NCBI GenBank assembly: GCA_963663965.2
Contig: CAXXFK010000032.1
Span: forward strand, 1-64,000
Source of the DNA: Sedimentisphaerales bacterium
Lineage (GTDB): Bacteria; Planctomycetota; Phycisphaerae; Sedimentisphaerales; SM23-30
Length of the DNA stretch: 64,000 nt
Reading direction: 5' to 3'
Shown here piece after piece: positions 11,620 through 22,836 of this stretch; position 1 is the stretch's first letter, and each line of letters starts with the position of its first letter. Below the pieces are notes generated by a model, which saw only the letters and a program-made list of their open reading frames with translations, was not told the DNA's origin and did not search any database. A program made the translations under genes and the position numbers.

Positions 11620-13513
11620 ATCGAGTAGGCGGGGGCTTTGCAGCCCCAACCTCTCACACCACCCGGCGTGCCTGCTCGGCACCGGGCGGTTTCCTATGGA
11701 ATTTCTTTTAAATCCCGCCATCTGCGAGACAGGCTGATCAATCCTTGTTCTTTAAACCATTGCAAATTCATGGCTTGGTGCGATTGAGGCATGGCGCTTT
11801 TCCGCCAGTACCCCACACCGCTCAATGCGCCGAGCCAGGCTTGGTATTCGGCGACACCGTGGCGAATAAAGAACTTGGCAGTCGTATAGTTCCGCTTGAG
11901 TTGTTTGAGTTTGATGGCTCGCAACTTGCGGCGAATCCAGCCGTCCAGCTTCTTCAGTGTCGCATCGCTGCGGATGTATCGGTAATAATTGAGCCATCCG
12001 GTCAGCGTACGGTTTACGCGCGTAATAATCGCCGCGTATCGCCCCGGCTTGTTGCGCCGGGTCAACTCGCGAATCTTGTCCTTAAAACGGGAGACACTCT
12101 TTTGGGACAGTCCGAGGCTCCCGTCGTCGAAACAGGCGGTAGCCGAGAAAGCTGCGCTCACTCACATGGCCTACCGCCGATTTCTCCCGATTCACTTTGA
12201 GTTTCAGCTGGACTTGCAGGAAACGAGTCACACTGTCCAGCACCCGTTCGCCGGCCCGAATCGACTGCACATAGATATTGCAGTCATCCGCATAACGCAC
12301 AAATCGGTGGCCGCGCTTTTCCATCTCCCGGTCGAAGTCTGTCAATAACACATTCGCCAGCAATGGGCTCAGGGGGCCGCCTTGCGGAGTGCCCTCTTCG
12401 CGCGGTTGCACCACGCCATCCTGCATTAAGCCCGCACTTAAGAAGGCTCGCAGCAGTTTCAGCAGCCGCTTGTCTTTGACAGAGCGGGCCACTCGGGCCA
12501 TCAGCATATCGTGATTGACCCGGTCAAAGAACTTCTCCAAGTCCATATCGACTACAACGTTGTAGCCGTTCCGGACATACTCGCTCGCCTTGCCAATGGC
12601 CTGATGAGCGCTTCGGCCGGGCCGAAACCCATAACTGGCGTTACTGAATTCTCGCTCAAAAATGGGAGTCAGGACTTGTAGGATCGCCTGTTGTACCATC
12701 CGGTCCACGGCTGTGGGAATACCCAGTTGCCGCCGACCGCCGCCGGGTTTGGGAATAGTAACTCCGCGCACCGGTGCCGGACGATACCGGCCGGTCAACA
12801 GGTGTTCGATCAGTTCGCTGATATGCGCGCGGCACCATGCGTACAGGTCTTCAACGGTCATACCGTCGATACCGGCCGCTCCTTTATTGGCCACGACGCG
12901 CCGATAAGCCTGGCGCAGATTGTCTTTGGCAACAATCTGTTCCATCAGATGGTCGGTCAGGGGTTGGGGTGTCGAGATCGCCGCAGCGCAACTACACGCC
13001 TCGGGCCGGACAGCTTGAGTACCGCTCTCGCCGCCCCGGCCGGGGTTCAAATCGCCTTGAGTTGTCGGTGCCTGGTTGGCCATCGAGTGTCTCGCTCGCA
13101 ACGAGCCTGTCCATAAAATTCGGTCCTTTGGGAGCTTAAAGGAAGCCCCCTACTATGACCTCTGCTGACTTCTGCAAGAATCCGTGCCATCTTGAGCGTT
13201 ATAGTCTTGATAGCACAGTGTCCAACAGGACTGCCTTGCAGATCTCCCGGGGTAAGATATCATGCTTCCCGTTGGGCCTCGCCGAATTTACCGTTGTCGT
13301 CTCCGAATGAGTATCGGGCATCGGAATCCATTGCTCCCTTACCCAGACGACACCGGCCTGCTATCCGGTTCCTGTCCGTCGAGTCCAACTTTGACCTGAG
13401 GCTTCCTTCCCACGATGCATCACTGCACCGCAGTTGCCTTCGGCTCGCGGTTCCGCTCATCACGGCCCGCAGGGGACTTTAACCCCATGAGCATGATATC
13501 ATGCCCGGCGCAC
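11620..13513 (-). mobile_element. Class IIC group II intron, full length (1,894 nt)
   Basis: 5' GTGCGCCGGGCAT at 13513 immediately after a terminator hairpin + TTTTTTA; domain V AAACCGCCCGGTGCCGAGCAGGCACGCCGGGTGGT with CGC triad; 3' end CCTACTCGAT at 11620; encodes an RT. Confidence 0.95.
11694..13083 (-). CDS. ltrA: Group II intron reverse transcriptase/maturase without endonuclease domain; one +1 frameshift at ~12131
   Basis: RT motifs GIPTAVDRMVQQA, SYGFRPGRSAHQA, DLEKFFDRVNHD, GTPQGGPLSPLLAN, RYADD, FLGY; maturase GWLNYY...LDGWIRRKLR in the next frame; deleting one T of a TTT run joins the two ORFs. Confidence 0.93.
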
Positions 13514-13545
13514 TAAAAAAGCCGCGGCGCGAAGGGGCCGCGGCT
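13514..13545 (-). terminator. Rho-independent terminator of the GT4-GH57 operon; target site of the IIC introns
   Basis: Minus strand AGCCGCGGC-CCCTTCGC-GCCGCGGCT followed by a T-tract then A. Confidence 0.88.
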
Positions 13546-13565
13546 CGTGTTGTACATTCATATCG

Positions 13566-14795
13566 TCAGACTAACTGCACGGATCCATGCGGTTCGGCCA
13601 CCTGCACTTTTTTGCCGGTGGCTTCACGGCACCGCGTGAGTAAATTATCCATGACATTCATATAATTGATATAAGAATCATACGGGCTGTCGTAAGGGTT
13701 GAAATATTTATGGACATCGCCATCCGAGAACCACTTGGTACACATGTAATAAAAATGATCGGAGGTCAGCAATTTGCGCCAATCCTCGAGGATGGACGGA
13801 TCACCGGTTTGTTTAATAGTTTTTTCGATCCGGTAAATTTCGTGCAGTGCGTTGGACTGCATGGCGTTGCCCAGCCAGGCGGACAGGTCGCGTTCAGTAT
13901 CGGCCCAGCTGATCATAAACGGGACATCGTAATCGCCATGGGCCTCATAGGCTCCGGCGACTTCGGAGGGGGTTTTGAAATCATTATCAGGATGACGCAG
14001 GATCTCGCCGGGCAGATGCGCCAGGAATTCAAAAATTCCGGTGTCTTCCCATTGATGTTCGCCCAGGGTTTCATAATCCATAAACAGGTTGACCGTATAG
14101 CCGCAGCCATTGACATCCGAGACCCAATTCGCAAATTTGGGGGCGGTCAGGGGCCATTCCGCCCAGCCCCGATTGGAAAAGCGAAACGCGATGTCGTCGC
14201 TGAGCCGATAATTTTTCAACAGCAGTTTGACATCGCCACGGCCAGGCGTGTTGTAAATAAAGTTGGGGCTGCGATATCCCAGGATATGGTCGGCGCCTTC
14301 ACACAACACGGCTTTGTAGCCGAGTTCGGCCATAAAATGAGCCAGATCATTATTAAAGATCAATTCGGTATTGCGAAAGACCTTGGGCTCCTGGCCGAAC
14401 AGCGACTTAATCCGGTCGCGATGTTTCGTAACTTGTTCGAGGAATTCTTCGCGCGAATAGAGAAACGACAGGCTATGGTAATAGGTCTCGCCGATGAATT
14501 CGACGCACCCGGTATCGGCCAGGGCATGAAACGTACTCATCACTTCGGGGCAGTATTGCTCGAACTGATCGAGCACGACACCGGTAATGCTGTAGGAGAT
14601 TTTGAACCGTCCTTCAAACTGATCGATCAGTTTGAGCATCAACCGGTTGGCCGGCAGATAGCACTTATTGGCCACCTTGCGACAGATCTGGGCGTTTTTG
14701 TATTCGTCGAAATAGTTATGCTCCGTATCGAAGATACTGTAACGGCGCAGACGGTAGGGTTGATGAACCTGGAAATAAAAACAAACTGAAGCCAT
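13566..14795 (-). CDS. Glycoside hydrolase family 57 (alpha-amylase type)
   Basis: FQVHQPYRL, ETYYHSL, FRNTELIF, FMDYETLGEHQW and SDHFYYM motifs. Confidence 0.92.
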   Translation of the reverse strand: MASVCFYFQVHQPYRLRRYSIFDTEHNYFDEYKNAQICRKVANKCYLPANRLMLKLIDQFEGRFKISYSITGVVLDQFEQYCPEVMSTFHALADTGCVEFIGETYYHSLSFLYSREEFLEQVTKHRDRIKSLFGQEPKVFRNTELIFNNDLAHFMAELGYKAVLCEGADHILGYRSPNFIYNTPGRGDVKLLLKNYRLSDDIAFRFSNRGWAEWPLTAPKFANWVSDVNGCGYTVNLFMDYETLGEHQWEDTGIFEFLAHLPGEILRHPDNDFKTPSEVAGAYEAHGDYDVPFMISWADTERDLSAWLGNAMQSNALHEIYRIEKTIKQTGDPSILEDWRKLLTSDHFYYMCTKWFSDGDVHKYFNPYDSPYDSYINYMNVMDNLLTRCREATGKKVQVAEPHGSVQLV

Positions 14796-14873
14796 AAAAT
14801 ATTCCTTTATCGTTCGTTGCGATGCGAGTATGAATCTCAGGAAAACGGCGGCAATGAAGTCACCGCTTCAGCG

Positions 14874-16184
14874 CTATACAGTTACATGGCTGATGGAACG
14901 GTAGACATCCATACATTGTTGCGCCGAAGACTCCCAGGACAGCTTTCGGACTTCATAATTGCCGTGCTCCCGGAGGGTGGCCTGCAAGGGGGGATGCCGC
15001 AATACCGCGACAATTTTATTCGCCATTTCATTGACATCCCAGAAGTCGACTTTTAACACATGGGTCAACACTTCTGAGACACCACTTTGCTTACTAATTA
15101 ATACCGGCACATCGTTACGCAACGCCTCCAGAGGGACCAGCCCGAATGGCTCGCTGACGGAAGGCATCACGAACAAATCGGCCATGCGAAAGACTTTGTC
15201 AACATCGTCACCGCGTAAAAATCCGGTGAAGAGGACTTTATGGCCGATACCCATTTCCGCTGCCATTTCTATGGTGCGACGGATCATGTCGCCGGAACCC
15301 GCCATGACAAATTTCACATTGTCCATAAGTTCCAGAACTTTTTTGGCGGCCGCCAGAAAATATTCCGGCCCTTTCTGCATGGTAATCCGGCCCAGGAACA
15401 AAACGATTTTTTCATCCTTTTGAATTCCCGCCGAATTCGCTTTGACAAATCCGCCATTTCGTTCGATGGCGTTATAGACGACATGAATCTTACGTTCATC
15501 CACACTATAACGGTTGACGACAATTTTTTTGGTGAGCTGACTGACCGCAATCACACCATCGGCGTAATGCAAGCCCTGCCGCTCGATATCATATACCATC
15601 TGGTTGACATGTTCACCACTCCGGTCAAATTCCGTTGAATGGATATGCACCACCAGGGGCTTGCCTGTTAAACGCGAAACGGCAATCCCGGCCGGATAGG
15701 TCATCCAGTCATGAGCATGGATCACGTCAAATTCTTCACACAGAGCCACCGAACAGGCCAGATCGGCATAACGATGCACTTCCTGATAGAGATCCCCCCC
15801 GTAATTACTGCCACTATTCGTCATGGACAGGATATTCAAAGACTCGTTGACTTCACTATATTTTAATGATTCATTCGCGCCTGTTGACCGCAAAGTTTCC
15901 AGATAATTTGCCGGGGTTTGATAAGGTTGCAAACAACAGGGAACCGCTTTAAAACGGACATGTTCAAATTCATCCAGCAGGTATTCATAACTCCCCAGAA
16001 TGCGATTGGTCGCATTACTGGCTAACCGGACATGACTGGAGTATTGTTGAGGAACTGCTCGTGGCAACACGAACAGGATATCTACCCCGACCCGGCTCAT
16101 CGCCCGGGTCAGGCCATAACACGCCGTCCCCAATCCTCCGGAGATGAAAGGAGGAAACTCCCAACCAAGCATAAACACTTTCAT
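14874..16184 (-). CDS. Glycosyltransferase family 4 (alpha-glucan/glycogen synthase-like)
   Basis: GWEFPPFISGGLG, IHAHDWMT, FLGRITMQKG, PSVSEPFGLVPLEA. Confidence 0.9.
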   Translation of the reverse strand: MKVFMLGWEFPPFISGGLGTACYGLTRAMSRVGVDILFVLPRAVPQQYSSHVRLASNATNRILGSYEYLLDEFEHVRFKAVPCCLQPYQTPANYLETLRSTGANESLKYSEVNESLNILSMTNSGSNYGGDLYQEVHRYADLACSVALCEEFDVIHAHDWMTYPAGIAVSRLTGKPLVVHIHSTEFDRSGEHVNQMVYDIERQGLHYADGVIAVSQLTKKIVVNRYSVDERKIHVVYNAIERNGGFVKANSAGIQKDEKIVLFLGRITMQKGPEYFLAAAKKVLELMDNVKFVMAGSGDMIRRTIEMAAEMGIGHKVLFTGFLRGDDVDKVFRMADLFVMPSVSEPFGLVPLEALRNDVPVLISKQSGVSEVLTHVLKVDFWDVNEMANKIVAVLRHPPLQATLREHGNYEVRKLSWESSAQQCMDVYRSISHVTV

Positions 16185-16818
16185 AATTCTGGCCTTTCCA
16201 CACTCATATAGACTGCTCCCTGCATTTCCCTGCCCACATTAAATCTTCGTAAGCCACTGTATGTAATATTATTAGCCAAATTTTTCACACAGTCCAATAA
16301 TTATTTTTCTGAAACAACAATATTGAGGACCGCCCAGAAAATGCGATCCGAAAATTACTAAAGTCTTGCACTACAACTCTCCTGATTTTTTAATGTCATT
16401 GCTATAATCGGAATATATTTCACTACAAATTAGAATATTTCTGTTTTTAACTATTTAATAATTAAAGTCAAAAATCTTACTTCGTTCTGGACTGCCCTGA
16501 ATAATAGACTTTATAATTCACCGCATCAAATAAGCAATATTTAACATCGCCTGTTAACCAAATTATTGGCAATGAAAATCGAATTTTAGTTGAATTCATC
16601 ATATCCAATACGATAAAGTTCATGTTATCGGTCGTTAAAATATATCAATTTTATAATTTTTATCCATACTTTTTCTATTATGCCACTGAGCCAACAGGAA
16701 TGATTCGGTTTACAGGGTCGTAGTATTTGCATTTTATTGTATTAAACGATATCATTTGAAACCAGAGTTATCAAAACCGCCTTACATAGAAGAATAAATA
16801 CTATTTCAGGATATTCCA

Positions 16819-18812
16819 ATGTCAGAAACACTCACTTATAAAATATTGAAAAGCCATCTTACCGAAGGGAAGCTGGAAACTGGAGAGCCAATCGGTATCC
16901 GAATTGATCAAACCCTGACCCAGGATGCCACTGGTACGACCGCGATGCTACTGTTTGAATCGATGGGACTGGATCGGGTGCGAACAGAGTTATCCGTCAG
17001 TTATGTTGACCATAATATGGCACAGTTTGGTCCGGAAAACCATAACGACCATCTTTACTTACAGTCTATCTCACGAAAGATCGGTGTTTATCACAGCCGG
17101 CCGGGAAATGGGATCTGCCACCAGGTACATCTGGAACGATTTGCCCGGCCGGGCGCAACCTTGCTGGGATCTGACAGCCATACCCCCACAGCCGGCGGCA
17201 TGGGCGAACTGGCCATTGGCGCCGGTGGGCTGGATGTGGCCGTGGCCATGGGCGGTGGATCGTTTTATATGACAGCCCCTGAAGTGGTCGGCATTAAGCT
17301 AACAGGCGCCCTGCAACCGTGGGTATCCGCCAAAGATATTATATTAAAAGTACTTAAGCATCCTGACCACTCAGGGTAATGTTGGATGTGTGGCGGAATA
17401 TCATGGGCCGGGCGTGGCCAGTTTTGACGATACCCCAGCGATCCACCGTAACCAATATGGGCGCGGAACTGGGGGTTACCACCAGTATCTTTCCCTTCGG
17501 ATGAGAAGACACAGGCATTTTTAAAAGCCCAGGGGCGTGAAGATGTCTATCAGCCATTGGCTCCCGATCCGGATGCTCCTTACGATAAGGTCATTGAAAC
17601 TTAACCTGGATGAACTGGAACCACTGGCGGCCTGTCCCTCTTCGCCCGATAATATCAGACCGGTGAAAGAGCTTCAGAATATCGAAGTGAAACCAGGTTC
17701 TGATCGGCAGCTGCACCAACAGCAGCTATCGGGACTTGATGACTGTGGCCATGATGCTGAAGGATCGAACCGTGCACCCTAATGTGGAACAGGGAATCGC
17801 ACCCGGGCTCTCGGCAGGTGTTGAGTCTGCTGGCCAATAACGGGGCTTTGTACGATCTGATCCGTACCGGAAGCCGGTTTATTGGAAAGCGCCTGCGGCC
17901 CCTGTATCGGCCAGGGCCCAGTCACCGGGCGAAGGCAAAGTCAGCGTGCGGACATTTAATCGTAATTTCAAAGGCCGTTCGGGCACGAAAAATGACCAGG
18001 TCTATCTGGTCAGCCCGGAAGTGTGCGGCAGCCGCTGCCCTTACCGGCAAATTCACCGACCCGCGTCAATTGCCGCAATTACTGGGATTGGTGTTTCCAA
18101 AAATTGGAGGAATTAACCCAGCTATCCATTGATGATGGCTTGATCGATAAAACCCTATTCGGTGGAAGAAGCGAAGGCAGCTACTGTGGTTCGGCCGGAA
18201 TCGATTATCACGCCTCCGGTCGCGGAACCACCAGCCCGATAATCTAACCGGCCAGGTTTTGCTCTATTGCGGCGACATAAAATCACTACCGACCATATCA
18301 ATGCCGGGCGGGCAGCTTTTTGAAATACCGATCCAATGTACCGGAATACGCCAAATATGTCTTTAACTGTTTTAATGAAGAAGGTCAGCCAACTTTCGCA
18401 GAACGCGCCCCTGGCGCTCAAAGCACAGAATACCGCAGGTGTGATTGTCGGCGGCAACAGCTATGGACAAGGTTTCCAGCCGGGAACACGCGGCGTTGTG
18501 TCCCATGTACCTGGGCATAAAAGCTGGTGATTGCCAAGGCAATTGAACGCATTCATCGCGATAACCTGGTGAATTTTCGCGATTATCCCGGCCGTTTTTT
18601 TGTTGATCCGGGCGATTATGACCGGATTAAGCAGGGTGACCAGTTTAACTGTTGCGAAACTCCGTGACTGCCTGGCCCGGTTCGGATACCATTACGGTAA
18701 AACAATACCACGCAAGGCTTTGAATTCGATTGCCAACTCCCAGTTGAGCGAGCGTGACCGGAAAGTCCTGTTGGCCGGGGGTAAACTCAATTTTACCAAA
18801 CAGCAGGCTTAA
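16819..18812 (+). CDS. Aconitate hydratase (short type), multiply frameshifted
   Basis: DQTLTQDATGT, GNGICHQVHLERF and GSDSHT in 16819-17379; IGSCTN-, CGPCIG-, RTFNRNF-, TTDHI- and GGNSYGQG-like pieces follow in shifting frames; ends LLAGGKLNFTKQQA. Confidence 0.8.
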
Positions 18813-18885
18813 CAACTGACCATAAAAACAGGACTGATTAAAAATTCAGACCGAGTTTGCCAGTACTAAAATTATTTATCGCACC

Positions 18886-18928
18886 AAAGACACAACTTCT
18901 TAATATAGAGCAAGTTGTGTCTTTTTTT
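18886..18928 (+). terminator. Rho-independent terminator after the aconitase
   Basis: AAAGACACAACTT / AAGTTGTGTCTTT stem followed by a T-tract. Confidence 0.75.
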
Positions 18929-19116
18929 GTTTCATCCAAGTACCTCTGTGACCGATAAATTTTGAAATTGATCTGACTGTCAGGGTGTTATACCAATATA
19001 ATTCTGTAATTTCCGTCAATTTTGTCAGCCTTTGAGCTGTATAAGAAGACACCTTTGTGTCAGGATAAATCGACTGTCTTATGGAAATGATTACTTAATA
19101 TCCAGGAGGTTCAATT

Positions 19117-20433
19117 ATGTATCGTTTCACTCGTCTCGGTAATTGTGTTATTAAACGGTCATCACTTTAAGTTTCGCGGCAGGACACTCAACCAGTCACC
19201 ATTTTCAACGATGAAACCGGTTTCAAGCCGATTTTTCAATGGCAAAGACCTGAACCGGTTGGGAAGGCGCCCCGGGATTCTGGTCTGTGCATGAGGGGAG
19301 CGATCCGCGGCCAGACCACCGATGCCCACCCGGCCCCGCATAATACCTTTTTGATCTGGCGTGGAGGAAATTCTTAAGGATTTCGCGCTTTAAAATCAAG
19401 TTCCGGAATTCAGAATGGGCAACGCCGGGATTCAATACCGCAGTAAAGAATTGAAAGATTTTGTCGTTTCCGGATATCAGGCTGAAAGTTGAAAACAATC
19501 CGGGCAAGGTTGGTTTCCTGTACCATGAACGAGGACGCGGGCATGGCTGGTCGATGTGGGCGATTTTGTCGAGATCGACAAAGATGGCAAACGTCAGGTT
19601 ATCCAGAAAGTCAATGATGTTAAACAACTGATCAAGGATAACTACTACAAAGACAAAGACTGGAATGAGTATCTGATTATCTGCCGCCGGGAATCATGTG
19701 GTCCCATTATCTTAATGGCCTCCAAATGATGGAACTGGTTGATGACGATCCGGTCAATCGCTGCCTGGAGGGTATCCTGGCACTGCAAATCCACCAGGGG
19801 CCCCCGATGATTGTGGACTATAAGGATATTCGCATTAAGGTGTTAACCGAAAACTTCGGTCAGGCCCGACGGTTTGTTCAATGGTAAAAATCTGGATGGC
19901 TGGACCTATTCGGCGCCTAACCAGGATGGGGTCTGGACGGTAAAAGACGGTTTGCTCTGTGAACCGGGGTGTCCCGGCAGGTTACCTGCGTACCGAGCAG
20001 GATTATACCAACTTTATCCTGCGCGTCCAGATGCGGCACCTGAATCGGGGTAATTGCGGGGTACTGCTGCGCATGGTGGGCGAAGACAAGGTCTGGCCCC
20101 GTTCGATCGAGGCCCAGGGGATGTATCAGAATAAGGGCGACATCTTCAATATCGACGAGTTCCCAATGAAATCGGATCCGGCGCGTACCAATGGGCGGCA
20201 TGTCGTTAAAATGTATCCCAGTAACGAGCCGGAAATCGGCGGCTGGAACGAATATGAAATTCTACCTGAACCAGGGCGATCTGCGACTTTATGTGAATGG
20301 TCTGTATCAGAACTACCTGACGGAATGCTGGGAAACGCCCGGAAAGATCTGTCTGCAATCGGAAGGCTCGCAAATGGAATTTCGCAATATTGTTCTGCTG
20401 CCAATCGAACCCAAACCTGAGCAGAAACAATAG
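19117..20433 (+). CDS. Secreted DUF1080 (3-keto-disaccharide hydrolase-like) protein with two domains, frameshifted
   Basis: AGGAGG RBS before ATG 19117; FNGKDL..W, DWNEY, GILALQIHQGPPMIVDYKDIRIK, YLRTEQDYTNF and GKICLQSEGSQMEFRNI are typical DUF1080 motifs spread over several frames. Confidence 0.72.
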
Positions 20434-20466
20434 CTGTTATCCTCTTAGTACCTTGAACGCAGAGAG

Positions 20467-20484
20467 CCCCCCTTTTCAAGGGGG
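20467..20484. repeat. Short intergenic palindrome CCCCCTT-TTC-AAGGGGG (REP-like or bidirectional terminator)
   Basis: 7-bp stem between convergent genes. Confidence 0.4.
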
Positions 20485-20539
20485 ATATTGCCCGTTTGCG
20501 CCCCTTCCGGTAAGCAGGGCCAAGGTTCAACATGCCCGT

Positions 20540-22584
20540 TTATGCCATGCGTGTTCCGGCCAGGGGTAAAAATAAAAGGGTCGTTCCTTTGCCCTGACCT
20601 TCCGATTCCAGCCCAGATTCGTCCACCATGCACTTCAACGATCCGTTTGACAATCGCCAATCCCATCCCTAACGCCATCGCTGCTGTGATCCAGTTTTTC
20701 AAACAGGCTGAAACAGCTTGTGATGGTAAGCGGGATCGATGCCCTCGCCATTGTCTCTGACAAAAAGAATGATATCGCCATCTTGCAGCCGAACGCCAAT
20801 TTCCACCCGTGGCCGGGGTTGCCCACGCATAAACTTGACCGCATTGCCAATCAGGTTTTGATATAACTCCACCAGCCGCAATGTATCGCCATAGAGGATC
20901 ACGGGCTGGTCGGTGATATGGATTTCTGTCCCCTCCCGCCGGGACACCTCTCCAGCCAGCAGATCCGCCGCCGCTTGCGCAATAGTCTGCAACGCAGTTT
21001 CCTCCGGCGGATTGATTTTACGGCCGATGCGCGAAAGGTTCAATAACTCATCCAGCAGCATTGCCATTTTTTGGGACGCGTTTTTAATATAGCCGATGTC
21101 TTTGGCCTGCGCGGCGGGTTCTCCTGATTTTATGTCTTGTTCCAGATAGCCCAGATAAGCGCTGATCGTAACCAGGGGCGAACGCAGATCGTGAGATGCG
21201 GTATAGAGAAACCGGGTAATCTCATCATTTTTCTGCTGGAGTTCCGCTTCCCGATTTTTTTGTTCGGTGATATCCATAGAAAAACCATTCACCACCGAAT
21301 TCGTGCTATCGATGAAGGCATTCAAGACAATATATTTATTTCTTCCATTAATCGGAACGGTTTCGATTTCATAACCGTAAACCGTTCGCTGCTCCATTAA
21401 CCGCGCTTTAAATTCCTGATGTTTTTCCGGCTCAGCCCACCGCTGGGATATCCTGCCATATTTTTCCAGAAACTCTTCTGTGCTGGAGCATTCGAATTGT
21501 TTCACCTTTTCCGGATTCACATAACGATAGGTACCGTCCCAGTTCCTGCTGAAAAATACCCAGCGGCGCATATTCGACAATATGACGGTATTTGCTTTCG
21601 CTTTCCCGCAAGGTGTCTTCAATCCATTTGCGCGGCGAAATGTCGATCATGGTGCCCGCTACGCGCAGCGGTTTGCCGGCGTGATCGCGGGCAACCACCT
21701 GACCCCGGCCCCAGCACCCATTTCCATTGGCCGTCGGGCGACCTGCAAACCGGTGTTCAACCTCCCAACGATCCGACTCTCCCCTTAAATGCGCTTCCAG
21801 CAAATCCAATACTCTGGCCTGATCGTCCGGATGAATCCGGCTTTTCCAGGTGGTCAATTCCGGGGTTACCGAATCAATGCCCAAAATACGCCCCCAGGCA
21901 GGGCTGAAGTTTACCCGATTCGTCACCGGATTCCAATCCCACAAACCATCATTGGTCGCGTCCATCGCCAGCCGGTATTTTTCTTCGCTGGCCTGCAACG
22001 CCTGCCAGGAACGCTCCTGACTTTCCTGATCGGAAAGAATTTTACCGATCAGAACCGTCGCCAGCGGATAGGTCAGCATGACCGGCCAGCCAATTGTTGC
22101 CAGGGTAGATAATAATTTTTTCCGGCGGTAATGCCAGTGTCATCAACAGCATCGTCACATGGACCAACAGGCCAAACAGGTAAAGCCGCCAGGTTGATAT
22201 TTCACTTTCCAGACGGTTTCGGACGCCGGAAAAAAATCACTCCCCAGAAGGCCGAAAAAGAATATGACCAGCACGCCCATGCGCATGCCGATGCCGCCCC
22301 TGACAGATCCGGCAAATGGCGGCCATGCCGCCGGCCACGATTGCCGCGACTGAGCCAAAAAAACAGGCCGCACAAGCTGATCATCACCGAACGGCCATCG
22401 AAAATTCAATCCCTGCGACAATACCAGCGGCCTCAACATGCCAATGACGGCCGCGCTGCCAAAGACCAGTCCCTGTAAAAAGGACCTTTGCCAGCTATGC
22501 TTCCATCGCCTGCCAATAAAACCAGAAATGACGCTTAACGCAAACCAACAGGGCGAGATTATAGATCAGGTCTATGATAATCAT
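20540..22584 (-). CDS. Sensor histidine kinase (LytS-like 5TM receptor + 2 PAS + HisKA/HATPase), multiply frameshifted; ends approximate
   Basis: H-box YTASHDLRSPL, N-box QNLIGNAVKF, G-boxes VRDNGEGID and GLAIVKRIVEVHGGRIW; PAS GLWDWNP...RIHPDD; N-terminal hydrophobic helices with an FDGRSVMISLCGLFF-like motif. Confidence 0.8.
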
Positions 22585-22836
22585 ACTGTTATATTACGCT
22601 CCTGTTTCTATATTCGGTTTTTATAAGAACAAATATGAATTTATTTCTTTGGTATTATCGGAATCCTATAAAATCAGGTTCTGACAATTTTCGTATACCC
22701 ATTGGGCATGAAAATTTCTGATCGTTCAAAATTTAACTCATTACTCATCAACCAGATATTTTCCGGCGAAACGGAAAATTTCAATTGTAAAGGGTATTTA
22801 ATATCGGAGGTAACCTCCAAGCCGCAAAAGCCTGCT

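Noticed and set aside
12125..12135. Programmed ribosomal frameshift in the intron RT
   Set aside because: No slippery heptamer; one extra T in a short run fits the indel pattern seen elsewhere in the window
11262..13482. Small ORFs inside the intron RNA regions (11262-11576, 13192-13482, 13260-13463) and antisense to the RT
   Set aside because: They overlap structured ribozyme domains or the RT and show no protein motifs
10803..13513. RT plus nearby near-identical repeats read as a diversity-generating retroelement or retron
   Set aside because: The RT has group II intron motifs and a maturase domain; the repeats are intron domains with mixed, not adenine-specific, differences
13710..14789. 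359-aa + strand ORF
   Set aside because: Antisense shadow of the GH57 gene
16185..16818. AT-rich divergent spacer as ncRNA or origin
   Set aside because: No DnaA box, stable hairpin or recognisable RNA motif; likely ordinary promoter DNA
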